A stretch of 59,235 bases of DNA, the filler included, from Aplysia californica (lineage: Eukaryota): NCBI RefSeq assembly GCF_000002075.1. It is 2 parts of 2 records of this genome, joined end to end, with 100 filler letters (N's around TTAATTAATTAA, not from the genome) between each part and the next. Parts side by side here need not be neighbours in the genome. Positions count along the whole stretch, not along the records: positions 29,635 to 59,235 come from NW_004797387.1; 1 more part is not named here. One strand, written 5' to 3'. Shown here piece by piece: positions 39,342-52,162 of the stretch (positions are counted from its first letter, which is position 1; each line of letters opens with the position of its first letter). A program made the position numbers and the translations under genes. Below the pieces are notes generated by a model that was not told the DNA's origin, did no database searches, and saw only the letters and a program-made list of their open reading frames with translations.

Positions 39342-41332
39342 TGTGGAATGTTCTTGAAACTTCTTGTGTAGCAACGAGTTCATCAAGCTGAGGTTTCTTG
39401 TGATAATCAACAGTCCAAGCATCTCTCTCCCCCCATGTAAAAATAGGGCTGAGGCCTACAATTTATCTTAGAGTTGATCTAATGTTGAAAGAGATTCTAT
39501 TACTATTATAATATTATTATATTCTGATATTTTCTATCTCTTTATAGTTCGCCCTGAACATACCCACTGCTGCTGCTGCTAATGATGATCATGTTGATGA
39601 TGTTTGTTTATTCTCAATTTCCCATCAGGAAATTCTCCTGTGTTTCGTGCGTATAGAGGGAGCATTATTGGTTCATTTGTCTAAGATCTAATCAACATTT
39701 ACTAAATAATGACACCCCGGTTCTAACAGTATTTCCATGTGTGTATAAATATAAGCACAGATTGTATATTTGGACAAATTTCTGAGTTCATTGAGCTTTG
39801 TCTTGATGTGATATTTGCTTCAGCTGTGGTGATGAGAATGCAGAGAAGTTATGGTGGTTAATGCTTAAGTTGTATGTGTAGAGGTGTATGTTAGTTGAGT
39901 TGTACGTGTAGAAGTGTCTTATAGTGTTGTGTAGAAGTATAGAGAGGAGTGTTCAAACTTTTCCTATGAACAATTTCTTTTTTCTCCTTGGTGTAGATCC
40001 AGCTTCAGCCATAATGATTTGTTACCATTCTCTCTCTTTAATATATTGTTTGTGCTGATTGTTTTCACTTCTCCTACTGAAACTTTTAGTCTGAAAATTT
40101 GCGTCTATTTATGTATACCGTATCATGTAGAGATAGTTGGTGATAGTAAGGAAAAAAAACCTGCTTCCTGGCAACAGGCTCTTTGAAGGGGAGGAAGAAA
40201 ATCAAAACAAAACCGAAATAATACCATATCTAGCATAGAGAGAAATCCTCTAGCTTGCCTTTCTAAGTGTCACCTGTCTCTATGTCGTCTCTGTTTGTCA
40301 AAAAATGTAATGTAACTCCGGGCACTGCTGGTGCAATAGTCTAACAAAAGCTCTATCAAAGTTTTCTTCTCACAATGGCGACAAATCAAAATGGCTTCAT
40401 CAACTTTTTTTTTGTATCTTTTTAAGAAGTTGATACTTACCAACAGTATTGTTCATATTGACCACCATCTGTCCTGTCCAGAGACTGAAAGAGGACTCTT
40501 ATATGTAGTGAAGTCCACTCAAACCGAACATGATTAATCTGAAAAGAGCGGTATACCAAAAGAAAATAAGATCCCAAATTTTTGGGGGATAATTTGCAGA
40601 GCTCCCATTTCTAACCCAAAAAGAATTTCGAGGGTTATGTCAACTAATTCTTCACAAGTACCGGCAGCCTTCAAGTAACACAAATTTTTGAGTCTTACAC
40701 GCTTCAAGATAGTAAAATAGGAGAAAGAGAAACAAGAGCACTTGTGTGTTGATTGAAAACGAGAGAGAGGCATCACCAGTATATTGCTTGCCTACATTAA
40801 TTATGATGAACCACATTCACATCTGTGGACCTGCACACTATGTACAGGCCTTGTGAAGCAAGGAAGTACGTCTGTCGTGTGACTTTCTGTTAGCCATGAC
40901 CTATTGTCTCTGCAAAGTTGTTTAGGCCTACATACTAATACTTATAATTTCCAGAGGCCCTGCACATGAGCACAGGACGGCATGAGTGTGTTCCATTATG
41001 TCACTGGCACTGGGCTTGCTCACATCTCGACTAGCACAGAGCACAGTTGAGTGTGCTCATCTACTCTTATGACTTTTTCTAAAGCTGACAAAGCACGCTG
41101 ACAATGTCGAGAAAGCAAAATGCGAACAGACTGCTTCTCAAATTGCTGTTGTTAAATTGGGTAGGTGAGAAAAATGTTCAGAAAGTGAAATTTGCTGCGA
41201 GCATGGCATTCCTAACTCAATGCTGTTGACAATCGGATCAATGATCACTGTTTATTAAGCAAACCTCTCTAAACCAAAGGAAGTCGGAGTCTCTCAGATT
41301 TCAGTTCAAACGGACTCCACTGTGTGCTCCAA

Positions 41333-41463
41333 GTTAGATTTCTCTACCATAAATTGTGATGATAATCAGGGGTTCGAGTTAAGACTTCTCTACCATAAAT
41401 TGTGATGATAATCAGGGGTTTGAGTTAGACTTCTCTAGCATAAAATTTGATGGTAATCAGGGG
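41333..41463. repeat. ~45-bp tandem repeat, 3 copies
   Basis: gttagacttctctaccataaattgtgatgataatcagggg repeated. Confidence 0.9.
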
Positions 41464-42617
41464 ATATAATGCACACAACATTGTTTCTGAATGAGCTCAA
41501 GGGCATGACCCAGATATCCTCACTTCCTGATGGCCAAAAGTTTCCACACACTCAACACTCATTAATACTGGTTCCCACAGAGCAGAGCGAGTTGTGTCAG
41601 AAACAAAATTCTCAAAATATGTGCTCTTTCTGGTGGTCATTATTTTGAAAAAGAAAGAATTAGAATTTTTTAAATTAAAAAGCTATGTCTCTTGTCTTTC
41701 TTCCTGAATGTGCATCATAAACATGTCCAATTTTTTTTTCTACTCGCCATGGCAATGATGATATTGATACAGTATAATTATAACACCTCCCTCCCCACCC
41801 CCTGTATTTCTGTATAATGAACGGATGTAAGTTCATCATAGAGATGGGAGGTTTCCCCCCCCCCCCCCCCCCATCCCTACCCACCCCATTCATGTTTGCT
41901 TTTTCCTGGTACCAATCTTGTACATAATGGCTATATTTCTGATGTTTGCGTCGTGCTGTTGTCCAGCAACATTCACGTTGGGGTTTTTTTTTCCCTCAAG
42001 GTTTTTTTTGTCTGGTACGGTTCTTGTCTGTGTTCAGGCTCAACTGTGGAGTGTGCTGCTTTGTTTTGGTCGTTTTGAATTTTGTTTGTTGTTGTTTTTT
42101 GGTTTTGCTTTGTTTTCTTCACATAATGACAGAGCAAGTCGAAGTTTGGATTTATTTTTTTTTCCGTTTGGGTTCCTGTGGCTACCTCATTTTGTCCCAT
42201 GCAAGTGAAATGGGTCAGCGCAATGCATTTTGTACATGGATTTTGATTTCATTTAATCTAGAACATTTCATTTGTACTTTTCTTTGTTTTCATCTTGAAT
42301 GTATCTTGATCTTTGATTTGAGAAGAAAATATTATATGAATTGTGAATTATATATATATATGTAACCACGCAAATATTATGTACTATATACTATACTATT
42401 GTAAATTTCAGTCAGTTTTTGAAAGTGTGCGGAGAAAAGTGTAAGGTAGTCCTGAAGGTGTAGTATATAGCTCAATAAATGCACTGTTGAAGAGAAGAGT
42501 GCTGATGAGTCCAAACACACTCTTAATGCATGTGAGGTTGTTTGTGAAGAGACAGACACAGAGAGCCCTAGTACTACTGGAGTAGTCACTACCTTTGATT
42601 TACAAGGTTCTGTCCGA

Positions 42618-43120
42618 CTTTTTTGGTCGTTTTGAGTTACTAAGATCTTGAGGTCAGAAACCAAATGTTTTATCTGCTCTATCAAAACCATAAGATTATA
42701 CAAAGTAGTTATTAAGATATTCAAAGAATTGCATGCGCAAAAACATGTGAAACTCACAATTCTTTACATTAAATTTCTCAAAACTAGATCAAGGTACTCA
42801 GCAGATAGAACTTTGTTAGTCCACTTTTAGTGAAAAGGCTGACACTGAGAGCCCTATTAGTCTAGAATCTCAAGAGTTGGTCATCATTAGAACAGTTTAT
42901 TGTTATTACTGGTCGCTGCCTCAGAATTACAAATTCCTGTCTGACATTTTTTGGCCATTTTGAGTTACTAAGACCATGAGGTCAGAAACCAAATGTCCTG
43001 CCTCGTCTATCAAAATCGCAAGATTATTTGGATTCGTTACCAATATATTCTAAGAAATGCGTTCGTAAAAGCTTGACATGTTGTGAAACTTAACATTTTA
43101 GATATCAAATTTATCAAAAC
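42618..43120. repeat. Diverged ~170-bp direct duplication (42618-42790 and 42948-43120)
   Basis: Shared ttttgagttactaaga...tgaggtcagaaaccaaatg...tctatcaaaa...aagattat. Confidence 0.75.
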
Positions 43121-44340
43121 TATATGTACGGAGCAGATTGACGTTTGTAATTCCGAGGTAGTGTATTGTTAGTATTACTACTGATTTGTCAACTGATTCT
43201 CTTGGTGAGGACTCTCATCTAGAACCCCCGGAGTCTTTGGCCTTCCCGGATTTGGCCAGAATTTGTTCGCAAAACTCTACCCGGTACCAAGTTCTTGACA
43301 TTTTGGCAGGTTCTGCTCAAATATGAACATTTGTGTTCTTTACACTTACAGTGAAGCAAATAAAAACAAATCTTGTCACATTTATATTATGTTAATGCTC
43401 ATGATAGGATTCTGTTATTTTGTGCTTGGAGCTTCAGCTTGTTTGAGAAAATAAGAATAGAAAAACTAAAAATGGCAGTGGATGAGGCCAGTTTTTTCTG
43501 TGTGTCATTTTCGCATGGAAAACTACTTTCAGAAAGATATGAGTGAAGCATCAGGACATGTAGTTTATGCCCTTCTCCTTGATTTGACATTGGGTCAGCC
43601 TGATATCTAGTGGGTGGTTGGAGGTTGCCACTGGTTGGGCCAACTTCCCTCTGTTTCTGTGTCCTGTCTGTTTTACCTTTCTCCTGCACTAACTGACAGT
43701 TATTCGTTATTGTGTCAGTGAACTCTTTACCTAATCAAAATATGCCGGATTTCATGATGAGAGAGTTAATCTTTGAGAGGGGGAAGTTTCACCATGGTCA
43801 TCGTGTGATTCACATTGTCAGAGAAGGTGACAGGACTCATGTGTGGAAATAAAGGATAATATTATATCATAGCAGTAGCTGTGCTTGTCAGTCTGCTTCA
43901 CAATAGATGGAACATGTCTCCCGTTTTCTTTGATGCCTCTTAACATTTTAGTTTGTCTCCAATTTTTGTGCAGGATTAATCAATAAAATTAATAATTTCT
44001 AAAAATGCTGCTGTAGAACGTTGCTATTCATAGGATATTTACAGTAGTAGTAGTGAAGAGTTGATCTCCTCAGGGCAAATTCCTTTCCATTTGATCTAGT
44101 GACAAGTGATCTGGAGGGACGCGGTGGGTGATGGGTTTTTTTTAGTTTTAGATCCAGTCCTGAAAGACAGCAGCTTACACTGTAATTTGTTTTCTGTTTA
44201 AACGTTCCATCATTTATAAAGGGATTTTTTTTTTTCTGGCATGCCTGTCATGTTCTGTAGTCTATACATGCATGTCATTCATGAGCTCTGAAATAAATGT
44301 TATTGATAGTCCAGGAAAAATTAAGTAGCACCAGACCAGG

Positions 44341-44525
44341 CACTGTCGAACCTGCTCAAACGGCCACCTGTAATAGACAATCACCTGTACAGACAGCCAC
44401 TAGGCCTACCCATTTCCTCCCTTGCATATTTTTTGCATTATAACACTGTGTAAGACATCCAGCTGTCTAGTAAGACAATTTTTCTCCTCGACAATGGGTG
44501 GCCGTCTGACATATTTTCGACTGTA
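44341..44525. mobile_element. Tc1/mariner-like MITE (related fragments near 33530-33760 and 37437-37780)
   Basis: Ends ctgtcgaacctg...ggccacc and ggtggccg...ttcgactgta. Confidence 0.6.
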
Positions 44526-45061
44526 GATCACCAGAAACTGAAATAACCAGTTCTCAATTTAGTATATAAATAACTTTAGATGAATTTTCGTGTGTTAATG
44601 TAAACATATTATGTTATATATATATATACATTTTTTTCCCAAGTCAAATTTTTTCTGTGAAGACAGTATATGGGGAGATGCAAGAGAATGGTTTGTTTTT
44701 GTTTGTGGGTTATTGATCAGAGGGAGCATTTTTACAAATGGTTCCAGTATTGTGAGGCAGATGAGACAAAGGGGCTATGTCAGCTGCTAGACAACCATAC
44801 AGATTGTGTCCTCATGTTGTCCGCTGGTCAGGGCTGCTGATTGTGTTCCTAAATTTGATGTATGCTTCCCAAGAAGTTGAGATTGTTTTAGTAGAGTGCT
44901 ATCAAGTCTGCTGGAGTAATACTAGTATAGATTGTGAAGCACACAAAGCTTGCTGTTGAGTGGGAATTTGCGCTCTAAAAATGCTTTCTATAATTCTAGT
45001 AGTAGTATTTGTCTTGCTAGTAGCCCTCCACGTCCCAGTATGTTACTGGAACACTTCTCTC

Positions 45062-45147
45062 TTTTCGTCAGAACATAGAACAGAAAATTTCTCTTCGTCA
45101 GAACATAGAACAGAAAATTTCTCTTCGTCAGAACATAGAACAGAAAA
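45062..45147. repeat. 30-bp tandem repeat, 3 copies
   Basis: ttcgtcagaacatagaacagaaaatttctc. Confidence 0.9.
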
Positions 45148-46059
45148 TAGAACTATCATGCTGAAGTCAAAAAGTGGTACCTGGACTAGTCTTTCTGTAT
45201 AACGTAGATGCTGGTACTATTACTATAGACCTTGTAAAAGGCACAAACTCTAAGGGGCGCAGAACTGTGAGCTTTTTGCTTGTACATACATATGACAAAT
45301 ATACTTGACCAAATCAAATCTATGAACCAGCGGTTGTTCCTTGTTCCTCCGCTGGCTATGTTGTTTGTGTACAGAGATAAGAAATCATTCCACCACTCGG
45401 ACAATTCTACCTTTATGTCCTTCTAAACTACCCTCTCTTTCTTGCTTCAAACTCTTTATGAAAAACCTCAACATATTCAGTTCCAGATGGTATTATTCCT
45501 CATTTATTGTACCCGCATTTCATCATTCCATACTGTGACCTTATTAGAGAGTACTTATCAAGAGTTTTAAAATGGTTGTTCATTAAAAAAAGTTCCTTTA
45601 TGTGAAGTTTTGTGGATTTTTTATTTGTATTGCGTTTTGTGTGTGTATTGCGTTAACCCATGAAAACCAAATTTGGTAACATTTCCATTAGATACTTGTA
45701 GTTGTTAAATTACTAGTACTAGTATTACCTAGTTTAATCATAGTTTTATTTTCATTGTTTCATATTTAAAAAATTTGTAGTTACTTGGAACAATTTTGCT
45801 CTCAAGGGTTGACATGATTCTATCTTGTTTCCTGTTTTGAGAGTAGGCCTACATGAACTAAATGAAATTGTTCATGCTGGCAAGTTGGCAAAATAAAGGC
45901 TGTTTTGATTGTGATGCAAAGTGCGCATTATAATTACAATGCCAAGAAGAAGACGACTCCAGAAGAGCATCCAACATGCTGGGGCTCAGGCATTAAGAAA
46001 ACAAAACTGTAGTTATTCTCCTGCTGTTGGGGAGGTACATGTGTTTTACTCGAGTGCAC

Positions 46060-46284
46060 GCAGACACTGCGACTACCACAAGGAGACCGTTGAACATCTT
46101 CTCCTTCACTGCCCAAACCTGGCAGTTCTTCGACGCAGGCTCCTACACACACCCACATACTTACAAAGCCTGCTCTACTCTGGCGTTGAACAGATGACAA
46201 GGTGGTTACTTGAGAGAGGCATTGCGCTGCCAAGAGCGAAATGCTCGCAGTTAAAGGGATTTGAAAACAACGACAACAACAACA
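46060..46284 (+). mobile_element. 5'-truncated non-LTR retrotransposon (I/R1/Jockey-type C-terminal CCHC) with TSD
   Basis: HCDYHKETVEHLLLHCPNLAVLRRRL; (AAC)n tail; 13-bp TSD TACTCGAGTGCAC at 46047-46059 and 46285-46297. Confidence 0.85.
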
Positions 46285-46569
46285 TACTCGAGTGCACATG
46301 ACCAGGGTTCGAGTCTTAGCAGAGGCAGGTCTAGAAAACAATGATGGGATTCCTTAAGAACGACATCATGTTTTAGTAAGAGTTTTATGACACTTGCAAC
46401 ACAATAAAGTCATAATATAAATAACCAAGATTAGAGGTGTTATAAGAGAGTAACAAACTCAAAAAAAAAGGAGGACAGACAGGACCACAGATGCTCGATA
46501 GAAAAGTAGCAGCAAACCACACCAGAGCACCAAGCAACCATGGAACATCATCTGGATCAAAGAACCACT

Positions 46570-46658
46570 TCAAACAAACACAACACAAAGAAGTAACTTA
46601 GTAAGGGACAGGAACAAAACAAATGAAATATATGGCCTTTTCAGTCAGATGTTTTATT
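46570..46658 (-). terminator. Polyadenylation signal of the minus-strand transcript
   Basis: AATAAA (plus-strand tttatt, 46653-46658) with a U-rich upstream tract and a GU-rich downstream element (tttgttttgttcc...tttgtgttgtgtttgtttg); strand skew flips nearby. Confidence 0.55.
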
Positions 46659-46929
46659 ATGATCTTCAATTAAAAATAAAATAAAATAAATAGAAAGGGG
46701 GGAGGGCACATCAATGTCACATAAGCAGAGTTTGCTGTTCTTGTGTTACCTCTTCCGTTTGCCAGACACCACTGACCACGACCAGCAGCAAGAACTGCCC
46801 CCATCAGCGGCCAGTGTCTGTAACCCCTGCTCACCACGGGGAGGTGGAAGTAGGATTTCGAGCAGGATAGGAAGAATTTCCACAACACTGACAGCCTGGC
46901 CGACAGGAGAGTTTCCTTGTGATCCAAAT

Positions 46930-47165
46930 TACAAACCCTACACTTTACTCTTTCCCTCAACTTATCAAACTGCCAACCCTACACTTTAGTCTTCACCTAA
47001 ACTTGTCATACCACAAAACCTACACTTTGCTCTTCCATCAAATTGTTTTCTTACCACAAACCCAACATACTGCTCTTCCCCTCAACTTTTGAAAACCGTA
47101 AACCTTACTCTTCTCATCAACTTGTGAAAACCGTACACCTTACTCTTCTCATCAACTTGTCATTC
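46930..47165. repeat. Degenerate 35-42-bp tandem repeat, about 6 units
   Basis: aaaccctacactttactctt(c)cctcaactt recurring. Confidence 0.8.
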
Positions 47166-49495
47166 TCATACCCCCCGACCAATATTTGGGCTTCAATTGA
47201 CCTCCCCCCCCTCCAAAAAAAACCCCCATCCCATTCACAACTTTCTTAACCCAACTCTATCTCAAACCAACTCCCAAACATGTCTAACCTCTTGCACAGT
47301 AGAGCACAAGGAAATCTGTCCCTAACCAAACCTTTATAACTGACAATTCAGTCCTGAAAAACCCAGACCATCAATACTGACCTTTCGGTCTAAATCAATT
47401 TGTGAAGGCAAACACTTCAAGTTGGTGTAATTAGACCATTAGAATTAAGAGACTCAAATTTTCTCGCTTGGCCAGTCTTGGTGGAAATTCTTCCCTCAAA
47501 TCATGGTTGTATGCAATGTTGTAGGTTTGGTATGTGCAAGTCGGAGAGTTTTGTTAGAACATACATCCAGGATAATGGATCCAGCCTCATTTTTGTCTCT
47601 CATACGTGATTTTTTTTTTGACATCAAAAACACATTCATTTAATAATGAAATTGGTACATAACAAATAATTGAAGGTAGCTTTTTTGTTTCAAAACAATC
47701 TAATAAAAAATTTTATTAAATAAATCTAAATCCCACGAGCACTTTTGGAAAGCGTCACTTTGTAGTGAACGGACAACATCTGAAATAGGTGGTCAGCGAG
47801 AGGGTCAAGATTTGACTGACCACACATCACAGACCACCTTGTGTGCTCTCCACCACCCCCGCACCACCACTGTCGCTGGCCCTCCCTCCCTCCCACTTTC
47901 AAGCTCCTTTTGAGCATGTACAGGTTACGGGAGGACCAGCGCTCAGTCCGTGGGGCGGACAAAGCCAGGGATCTGCACGGCGACACCAGTCCACACGGAG
48001 TTACCTCAGACATGATAGCGGCGCGGAACAGGAACGAAAGGAGACACAAATATCACCAAGACTATCAGGCGTGAGAACTACGAGAGTTGAGATGAGAAGG
48101 GATGGATAGTGGTTGTCCTCTAACAAAGGAGGGAAGCATTGGTCAGAAGTGCGGCAGGGCGGCAAGTTTACCGAGGTAATAACATATTCAATACATGACA
48201 TGAAGACATGCAAAATCTAGCGGAAGGACCGGGGGGAGGCGGCGTTACTGGAATATATAAACTGCAGTGGGCCAAACAGAACAGGGGTAATGACTGGGCA
48301 AGAGTACAAAATGTGTTTGAGTGTTCTTGTGTGTCTGTGTTTAAGAGTTTGTGCGTGTGTTGAAGACACTTGCACTTGCAGGGAAAAAAGTCTCAAGTTT
48401 CAAGCCAAAAAAAAGTTATATACAAAAGAAAGCAGTTAGACCTACACCCTTTTACAAGAGACTCCAATACAGAAAGGTTCAACCATTGAACACAATCAGG
48501 CCTACAGCAATATATGAAAGATGCAAAATCCATAAAGATCTACGGAGTTAGGGTCAACAGAGCCAGCCTTTAGCATAGGATCACAAAAGAGACAGGAATC
48601 AAAGATTATTTTAAAGAGTTCAAACAAAAGGCGCACGCAAAGGGACAGACCACAAGGGAAATTTTTGTTTAAAAATTACTCTGGGCTATTGAAGCCTGAA
48701 TGTATATCACTGCAAAAGCCTACGCCTATAGTCAGCAAGCATTTTAGAAGGGAGTGCATGTGATAAAAGGGCAGGATTGTACAAGTGAACGGTTCTCTAA
48801 ATGCTATAGTGCAGAAAACACGCGCAAGTTGTTTTTAGATTTGGCAGTTAAACGAGAATGGGGTACAACAATACTGACACCATAAGGAAAGAAATCAGAG
48901 AAGAAAAAATCCGACAGAAATTATAAAAAGAGGGAATGAGTCAAGATTAGGTTGACAAAAGTACGACGAAATTTTGTGGTAGAGTATAATGTGCTGCTTG
49001 AAAATTGTATCACACGAAGACAAAAAAAAAGGTCATGCTGATGAAAAAGCACCAGTGGGGTCAAGAAAGATTAGAAATGCTTAGAGGTAGTACAGAAGCA
49101 GATATATAGAAACATACACCGGTGTTGAGTCACGGAATGAAAACATATCGGTTATGTAACTAGTGGGAGAGTAAGAGGATGCGTGACGGACAATGGAGGA
49201 CTGGTGTCACTCTGCAGGGCGCCTGACCGACCCGAGCTGTCTAACTAAGCCAAACAGTCGGACAGCTCAGGCCTTTTTTTTTTTTAACTTCGACTTTTTA
49301 ATATAACCATTGTGTTTATGCTCCTCACCAACTGCTCTCCACAAAACAAAATCATATTGTTCATAAAACTGAACTTTGACGCAATACTAATTACGGCTTC
49401 TCGCAAGACAAAATACATTATTATTAATTTAATAAAACTGAACTTGGACACAATACACACCAACATTTTACACTGAACACCCAAATTTGACATAC

Positions 49496-49640
49496 CAGTA
49501 CAGGGCATGGTGCTGGAACCCATCCCATCCGCACACAGGACAAAGGAAGTATTAGTCAAGGCAGGACAAAATCTGGAGTAGGGGGGAGAAGGGAAAGGAG
49601 AGTCCAGCGGCTCGCGCTTGGGTACAATCAACCGACCGAT
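49496..49640 (-). other. Array cassette, 145 nt
   Basis: gggtatggggg...gttgtgttctgcag|ATC ... CTG|gtatgt. Confidence 0.65.
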
Positions 49641-49956
49641 CTGCAGAACACAACAGTCATGGCCCCCATACCCGAAACATAAACAAGTTTCCCCACGAGG
49701 ATATCTACACTGCTAGGTGGTGTACATTTTCAAGTCACAAAACAGATCAAGCAGAAAAACATTTTTGGGATTCATCCTGGCATTGGAAAATCTACTTCTT
49801 TATAAATGGTACGAGTTAAAAGCACTGTGTAAGAAACGAACTAGTGAACAACATTAGTTTCCTTTTTTTTGCCCCAAAAAATTACCAGTAGGCTTCATAT
49901 TGACTAGTGTATTCCACTTATATATATATATATATTGCATACAGGACATTTCTTAC

Positions 49957-50016
49957 CAAGAATTCCTTGGTCTTGTCTAGATCTTCACCGACACTTGTTG
50001 GTTTGCCACTCTTCAC
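49957..50016 (-). other. Array cassette, 60 nt
   Basis: tttttagtgcag|GTG ... TTG|gtaaga; open only in phase 0 (VKSGKPTSVGEDLDKTKEFL). Confidence 0.65.
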
Positions 50017-50425
50017 CTGCACTAAAAATCGCACAGACAAAATGTCCTATGCTACCTACATATAGGCTATGTGGACGAATTTACTTCAAGTAGACCAGGT
50101 TCAAAACTGACTGCAGACAATCATTTAGGCTTATGTTTCTAGGAATTTAAATTTTCAAAAACTTAAAAACTTGTGACTGTTCCAGCCTTAAATGATTACT
50201 TTGTCAATAACAAAATAAAATAGGTTGTCTGATATTTAACTTTCACCTTCACATTCACTGTGCAAAAAAACAGCATTTGTTTAGTTTTACGTTACTTAGG
50301 AAAGGGAATGAAATGATGAATTGACATGTTGATGAAATATAAATTTATATGTCAAGCCTGGTATTGTATTCTACATGAGAGCAATTAACACTTGACAGAC
50401 GACAGGGATACCGTACTTGGCTTAC

Positions 50426-50529
50426 CATACCAGGGGGACGATGTTTTAAAATAGACAAGACCACGGGTAGATTTTCAATGGCTCCTCAAGCACACAGAAG
50501 CACTTCCGGGCTTTTTGCACACAGGGCTT
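50426..50529 (-). other. Array cassette, family X
   Basis: GGGGAAATG...GCAGTTACAG|AAG ... CTGGTATG|GTAAGCCAAGTAC; 104 nt; stops in all three frames. Confidence 0.75.
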
Positions 50530-51100
50530 CTGTAACTGCATGATAGAACACCAACATTTCCCCGGCCCAAAACAACCCCCAACATAAACTACCATAATCC
50601 TCATAAACTACCATAATCCTCATACAAGCGTAGCACAATGAAAGACTTCAAGTGAAAAATCACAATATTTTGTCACTCGGACCAACTTAAAGCAGAACAA
50701 AATTGTCCCACAAAATAATTTATAAAATAAAATTAAGAAGTCAAAGTATTAAAACTTTCAGTAAAAGTATTCAAGTGGTAAAACTAGAAAGATCCATACG
50801 ACTACTTCAGTATAAGTATTATCTAAAACAAGTCTTGCAAGTTACATCAAAATTACTAAACATTACCCCATCTCAAACTTCCAGGACAAAACTAGTCACA
50901 AAAAGCGACAAGTATACCAGTGCAAGTTAGGAGGAAGAACCTTCAAAGGAGCAAGGTATTACACAGGCAACATCAGGCGGCCATCATGTGGTTAAGTCTG
51001 CACCGTGTTACATTCAGTCATATGTTGGTCAATTGTTACATCCGAAAGTCTGAAATCCACAGGAGAGTTAGCCTTCCCCGACCCTCCCCAGGAAATTTCT

Positions 51101-51139
<39 letters not shown>

Positions 51140-51473
51140 TAATGCTTTCTTCAAAGATAAATTTTACGAGAAAATTTTTCCTTTTCCAAGTCTATTACTT
51201 GTTAAATATGAATGACATTTACAATTACTTCTAGAATCACTATTTCAATATTCAGATGAATTTCTCTTTACTTTAAATGAAGAGAGAAATAACAAGGTTC
51301 AGTACTTTATTATATTTTCAATCTCTTTAAGAGGAATAAAATATATTTCATAGTTTAACTTATTTAAGAAAAATACTGATGTAAGAAGCCAAAGTAAAAT
51401 GTAGAAGATCGAGATAAAATACAATTCCCAGTGATGCAAGTACAGACAGACAGCTTCATTACAAGAAACTTAC

Positions 51474-51621
51474 ATGCCACAGCGGACAGAGACTGGGCAG
51501 GCCAAACAAAGATCGCAGAGTCACGGATACCGACTGTGGCTGGGAAGGTATCAAATTCTGACCGCCGGACACTGAACACCCGCCATATCTCCAGATTCCA
51601 GGTTTGGTTTCTATGAAATTT
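51474..51621 (-). other. Array cassette, family X (shifted donor)
   Basis: GTGTAGTTACAG|AAA; ancestral donor lost, CAT|GTAAGT available downstream; 148 nt. Confidence 0.65.
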
Positions 51622-52029
51622 CTGTAACTACACAATACACAAGCACATACCCTACCCAGCAAACGTAATGCCTACTGCCCATAGTTCTCAAGAAAACGTA
51701 ATTCTTTACTTTGGATTTTTTTTTTACATTGACAAAAGATTAGGCACATTATTTTCCTTTACCTTCTTTTCATGTAATTTAATAGCTATTGGTCTTATAA
51801 AAATTGGGACTTTTTTAACAATTTCCTTTGTACATTCATTTTGCGTAGTTAGAATATTGTTTAAAAACATTTAGGATCAAAGTTTTGTAACAGGAAAATG
51901 ATAGATGAACAAATCAACTGAAGTTAAGCTCTATCCTGAACACATTACAGTGGGCAAAGGTTCTAGATTCTAGAGACATTTCAGCTATTTTTGGGACTTT
52001 AAAAAAGTGGACATTAATACTGGCCTTAC

Positions 52030-52162
52030 CAGACTGGATTAACAGATTTAGTTGGTCGGAGACACCGAGATATTGACACATGGAAGAGGATTACTTGTCC
52101 CCCAGTTTTTCATCTCATTACAACGTACTCGTCAACACCACTTCTTGTTTAAACAAGGACTT
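52030..52162 (-). other. Array cassette, family X
   Basis: GTTCAGTTCCAG|AAG ... GTCTG|GTAAGGCCAGTA; 133 nt. Confidence 0.72.

Noticed and set aside
49496-50016. Coding exon pair VKSGKPT...KEFL + IGRLIVPKREPLDSP
   Set aside because: They join in frame and PKREPLDSP looks protein-like, but upstream cassettes contain stops and no domain is recognisable; not supportable as CDS without transcripts.
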